From Malacoraja senta (taxonomy: Eukaryota): a stretch of 64,000 nucleotides of DNA. This document shows, piece by piece, positions 60,901 to 64,000 of the stretch. Position 1 is the first letter of the stretch. Each line of letters opens with the position of its first letter. A program made the translations under genes and the position numbers. The DNA is taken from contig JAXLNO010000642.1 of the NCBI GenBank assembly GCA_038087875.1, forward strand, positions 1-64,000. The letters are read 5' to 3'. Below the pieces are notes generated by a model. That model did not search any database. It was given only the letters and a program-made list of their open reading frames with translations, and was not told the DNA's origin.

Positions 60901-63124
60901 AGGAATGTACGTTTGGGTCGGTGGCTGGAGTGTAAGTCAAGAGGGTTACTTTGTAATCAAATTGACTAAACATTAGTTTCTGTGACTGGGCTATGTTCAC
61001 ATTTATTTTCCATATAACAGTTGTGTAGCAGGTAGAGCTGCTTGCTGCTCCATAACTGCAGCAAATCACATTCAATCCTATCTGAGTGGAGTTTGCACAT
61101 TCTCCATCTAATTGCATGTGTTTCCCATAGAAGTTCTTAGTGTATTTCTTCCCATATCCCAAATAATTGCAAGTTAATTGCTGGTAGGTTAAAGGGCCTG
61201 TCCCACTGTACAAGGTAATTCAAAAGCTCTCCCGAGTTTAAAAAAAATCAAACTCGTGGTAAGTACGTAGAATGTACGTAGCGGCTACGTCGGAGCTCGT
61301 GTTGTCTCGTAGCGGCTCGTAATGCTAACGGCAGGTACTCGGGAAACGCGGTAACTCGTGAAGTTTTTTCAGCACTGTGAAATATGTCCACGGAGAGCCT
61401 CGAGTGCCTACGATCGGCTATTATATGGTTATATGGTTATATGGTTATTACCGTAATTCTCCGAGTTCGAATCGGGGAAACTCGGGAGAACTCTTGAATT
61501 ACCTCGTACAGTGGGACAGGCCCTTAACTGATTCCTGTAAATTTCCTCTTGTGCAAGTGGTTGGTAGGAGTAGGAGAATCAAGCATGAGTTGAAGGAGCC
61601 AGTTGGTGGGCATGTGAAAGAGAATGTGTCACAGGAAAATAATGTCAAGGAGCTTCAAGTCCCTTGGCGTTAATATTACCAATAATCTGTCGTGAACCAA
61701 CCACATTGATCTACAGCCATGAACACACACCAATTCCTCTACTACCTGAAGAAACCAGGGAAATTTGAATTCAAATTTCTGCAGGTGCACCATAGAAAAC
61801 ATATTGTCAGGTTGCATCACAGCTTGGTTTGGGTAACTCAACGTTGTGTGCAACACCAGACTCGGGAACAACTTCTTCCTCTCTGTTATCAGGCTCTGAA
61901 TGGTCCTTCCATAAGCGAGGGTACTGTCCGAATCACCAATACCCAGTTGAGGACTAGGACTTCATCTGGAACTGATATGCTACATTGCTGACTACTATAT
62001 TCTGTGTATCTTCCCCTTTTCTCTAACTATTATAATGATTTTAAACTGATTAAACTATTTATGTATGGTATATTTCCTGTTTAGATAGCATGCAAAACAA
62101 AGCTTTTCACTGTACCTTGGTACTTGTGACATTAATAAACAATGGAGAAATGGCATTGATGGAATTGCTCTGAGGGGCATCATGGACTGAGGGGCATCAT
62201 GGGGTGAATGAAATCATACATTGTGGGAAAAGTTGAGAAATAACTCTGTGAAGTAAACACTATCCCACTTTAACTGGCTCTGTCCATCTAATCTGTTACA
62301 TCAGATGCTAGCAATTTGAAACATGTTGGAAATGCCTAGCAGGTCAGACAGAGCCAACAGAAAGAAATAGAACAAATGTGTCAGGTCAATTACTTTCCAT
62401 CAAAGTAACTACTGAAGGGAAGCATTAACTCTGTTGGCTCTCCACAGATGGTGCTGGCACTGCTGCACATGTCCAACAGCGGATAGAAACATAGGAAATA
62501 GGTGGGGGTGTAGGCCATTCGGCCCTTCGAGCCAGCATCGCCATTCAATGTGATCATGGCTGATCATCCAAAATCAGTACCCTGTTACTGCTTTCTCCCC
62601 ATATCCCTTGATTGCGTTAACTCTAAGAGCTAGTTCTAACTCTCCCATGAATACATCCAGTAAATTGGACCCCACTGCCTTCTGTGGCAGAGAATTCCAC
62701 AGATTCACAACTCTCTAGATTAATTGTGGTTAAATGTGTACTTCCTCTATACTTAGTTTAGTGTGGTTCAGAGATACAGCATGGAAAAGACCTTTTGGCC
62801 CACCAAGTCCACGCCGACCATCGATCACTCATTCACACTTGTTCTATGTTATCCCAGTTTTTTCTGCCATTGTGCCACCCTATCCTATGATTACCCAGCG
62901 TCAACTTAAATCAAAATTATCCCATGGGTAAAAATGGGGGAATCTTTGATCTCATGCTGTACATGGTGGTTTTACTTATTATTTAGCATTCTGTTGCATT
63001 TGCTTTTGTTGCTAACAGCTTGTTTGTTTCAGGGTCTTTCTGAATATAAGAAGTGGTTGGCACTTTACTCCTCCAAACAACATGGCGTGGCTGTCAAACA
63101 AATGACCTGCCGTTCCTACGCAAG
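42567..63124 (+). CDS. gkup: Glucuronokinase with putative uridyl pyrophosphorylase (nucleotidyltransferase-GHMP kinase fusion), 5' part; continues beyond the window
   Basis: Nine phase-consistent GT-AG exons, 851 nt. [57 protein letters not shown] are NTP-transferase motifs. The last exon ends in RSYAR, the start of the glucuronokinase domain. Confidence 0.9.
43340..43788 (-). mobile_element. CR1/HER1 LINE 3' fragment
   Basis: Near-identical to the 3' part of 49905-50350; (ATAGATAC)n tail. It interrupts a Penelope-type short repeat. Confidence 0.88.
44360..44910 (-). mobile_element. Penelope-like element 3' fragment with GIY-YIG endonuclease
   Basis: [33 protein letters not shown] (IY..YIG) and [25 protein letters not shown], followed by the terminal repeat. 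Confidence 0.88.
46150..47073 (+). mobile_element. LINE 3' fragment (Crack/Daphne-like ORF2 C-terminus)
   Basis: Translates to [18 protein letters not shown]...LQKRAIRII...HTNPLF, then ORF 46369-46653 ([13 protein letters not shown]); (TAAA)n tail at 47040-47073. Confidence 0.78.
47841..47911 (+). mobile_element. Solo Tc1-like terminal fragment
   Basis: TA|CAGTGCCCTCCATAATGTTTGGGACA, a Tc1-type end after TA; no partner end found. Confidence 0.55.
47912..48268 (-). mobile_element. tRNA-derived CORE-like SINE with L2-type tail
   Basis: Minus strand has A box TGGCGCAATGG, B box AGTTCAAATCC, CORE-like gtgtccttgggcaagacactt, the tail tgtaaagcgccttgag..aaaggcgctatataa and (TTA)n. Confidence 0.78.
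48270..48497. mobile_element. Harbinger-type MITE with duplicated left end
   Basis: AGGGCCTGGCCCATTTGGCCGTCATTTG occurs twice (48270, 48303); right end is CAAATGACGGCCAAGTGGGACAGGCCCT. Confidence 0.82.
48791..48897 (+). CDS. gkup: gkup exon 2 ([35 protein letters not shown])
   Basis: Acceptor tttttttcag, donor gtgagt, PKALLP motif, phase 0-2. Confidence 0.92.
49905..50789 (-). mobile_element. Young CR1/HER1 LINE, 3' part
   Basis: Uninterrupted 256-aa ORF 50001-50771 and a (CATAGAAA)n tail. Confidence 0.93.
52214..53232 (-). mobile_element. CR1/HER1 LINE, RT part
   Basis: ORF 52109-53146: [48 protein letters not shown]. Confidence 0.93.
53920..53964 (+). CDS. gkup: gkup exon 3 ((M)[14 protein letters not shown](K))
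   Basis: Acceptor tgtttgtag, donor gtgagt, 45 nt, phase 2-2. Confidence 0.9.
54737..54890 (+). CDS. gkup: gkup exon 4 ([14 protein letters not shown]...DDVMV)
   Basis: Acceptor caccttcag, donor gtatgt, phase 2-0. Confidence 0.92.
54974..55045 (+). CDS. gkup: gkup exon 5 ([24 protein letters not shown])
   Basis: Acceptor tatttccag, donor gtcagg, GD metal-binding motif. Confidence 0.9.
55435..57930 (-). mobile_element. Tc1 (DD34E, IR/DR-type) transposon, disrupted
   Basis: TA TSD; TIRs of about 215 bp starting CAGTGGCTTGCAAAAG with an inner repeat. Transposase N-terminus at 57320-57551 (one premature stop). C-terminus at 55652-56246 has WSDE, QQDND and SPDLNPIE, with D and E 34 residues apart. 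Confidence 0.95.
56250..57319 (+). repeat. Direct duplicate of 52657-53737 lying inside the Tc1 element
   Basis: Collinear near-identical sequence, including the same CR1-to-other-repeat junction ttaagccc|tgttgatgag. Confidence 0.95.
58257..58345 (+). CDS. gkup: gkup exon 6 ([29 protein letters not shown])
   Basis: Acceptor tgtttgacag, donor gtaggt, phase 0-2. Confidence 0.9.
58700..58856 (+). CDS. gkup: gkup exon 7 ([25 protein letters not shown]...LGKYM)
   Basis: Acceptor tgttttcag, donor gtgaga, FxEKP sugar-phosphate-binding motif. Confidence 0.92.
59127..59204 (+). CDS. gkup: gkup exon 8 ([26 protein letters not shown])
   Basis: Acceptor ttcacttcag, donor gtaaga, phase 0-0. Confidence 0.9.
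59783..60045 (+). mobile_element. HE1-like SINE
   Basis: tRNA-like head gtggtagagctgctgcctcacag..gagttcaatcc and body tgtgtggagtttgcacgttctc. Confidence 0.78.
61193..61524. mobile_element. Harbinger-type MITE nested in a SINE
   Basis: TIRs AGGGCCTGTCCCACTGTAC and GTACAGTGGGACAGGCCCT with a perfect TAA TSD. Confidence 0.9.
63033..63124 (+). CDS. gkup: gkup exon 9 ([30 protein letters not shown](R))
   Basis: Acceptor ttgtttcag, donor gtacca. Linker into the GHMP kinase domain. Confidence 0.88.
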
Positions 63125-63379
63125 GTACCATTCATTTTGTGTTGCTCACACAACTCTGTTGCATTTAAATTTTAATGCAGATGCAATGAAGCCTGAAATG
63201 TTGCAATTATTTTGTTAATCAAGTGTGAGATGCCCAGCTGTTTACACAAGGAACTGCAGATGCTGGTTTACAAAAAGAGTGCTGGGGTGATTCAGTGGAT
63301 CAGTATCTCTGGAGAACATGGATAGGCGATGTTCTGATCATGAAGCTTCTTCAGACTGATTGTAGTAGGGAGGGGAAGA

Positions 63380-63780
63380 AAGGTGAAGGCCAATGTGCCA
63401 AAAGCCTTTTTGACGACCCTATCTACTTGTGATGCCACTTTCAACAAATGGTGTACCTGCTCTCCTAAATCCCTCCGCTCCACAACACTCCCCAGAGCCC
63501 TCCCATTCACTGTGTAGGTTCTGTCTACCCAAAATGTAATACCTCACATTTCTCTGTATTAAATTCCATCAACCATTCTTCAGCCCACCTGCCCAACCGA
63601 TCAAGATCCTGCAGCAATTTTTGACAATCATCTTCACAATCAACAATACCACACACTTTGGTATCATCTGTAAATTTGCTAATCATGCCATGTTGTTCTC
63701 AGGTATAGTTGAGTATAGGAGCAAAGAGGTCCTTCTGCAGTTGTACAGGGCCCTAGTGAGACCACACCGGGAGTATTCTG
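63380..63780. mobile_element. CR1 LINE fragments (minus strand about 63385-63682, plus strand about 63705-63780)
   Basis: ERRDLG..LKVASQVDRVVKKAFG on the minus strand and [19 protein letters not shown] on the plus strand. Confidence 0.75.
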
Positions 63781-63782
63781 TG

Positions 63783-64000
63783 TATTTATTATTCGAGTGT
63801 TTAGTATTATAACCATGGATGTTCGGATGCGTTCTTATACCAGAGGCTCTATCACAAGAGCAAATAGCAGGGGTGATAATGCACATCCCTGTCTATTGCC
63901 CCTGGATAGTTGGCATTTCGGGGACAGTATGTTATTAGTCAATATTCTAGCAGTGGGCTTGTCATATAATAATTTTACCCATGAGATGAAATTCTCTCCC
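63783..64000 (-). mobile_element. L1/Tx1-clade LINE RT fragment
   Basis: Minus strand translates GENFISWVKLLYDKPTARILTN..LSRGNRQGCALSPLLFALVIEPL. Confidence 0.82.

Overview
Vertebrate genomic DNA, most likely a cartilaginous fish (skate/ray-like), inferred from HE1-type SINEs, HER1/CR1 LINEs and Penelope-derived short repeats. Three spliced genes were assembled by hand with GT-AG sites and consistent phases. (1) A minus-strand single V-set Ig type I membrane receptor of the JAML/MPZL family (coding exons 16590 to 6695, last exon unresolved), with a cytoplasmic YxxM motif. (2) A complete minus-strand SC5D (lathosterol oxidase, 290 aa, 31320 to 26465), with a CCAAT-rich promoter between two GC-rich tandem repeats. 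(3) A plus-strand gkup-type nucleotidyltransferase-glucuronokinase fusion gene starting at 42567 and running off the window end. The rest is repeat-rich: CR1, L2, Crack-like and L1 LINE fragments, Penelope fragments with minimal hammerhead-ribozyme-like cores, Harbinger elements, and a Tc1 transposon that carries a 1.07-kb copy of nearby intronic DNA. Family assignments come from recalled motifs, not database searches. Repeat boundaries are approximate unless TIRs or TSDs are quoted.
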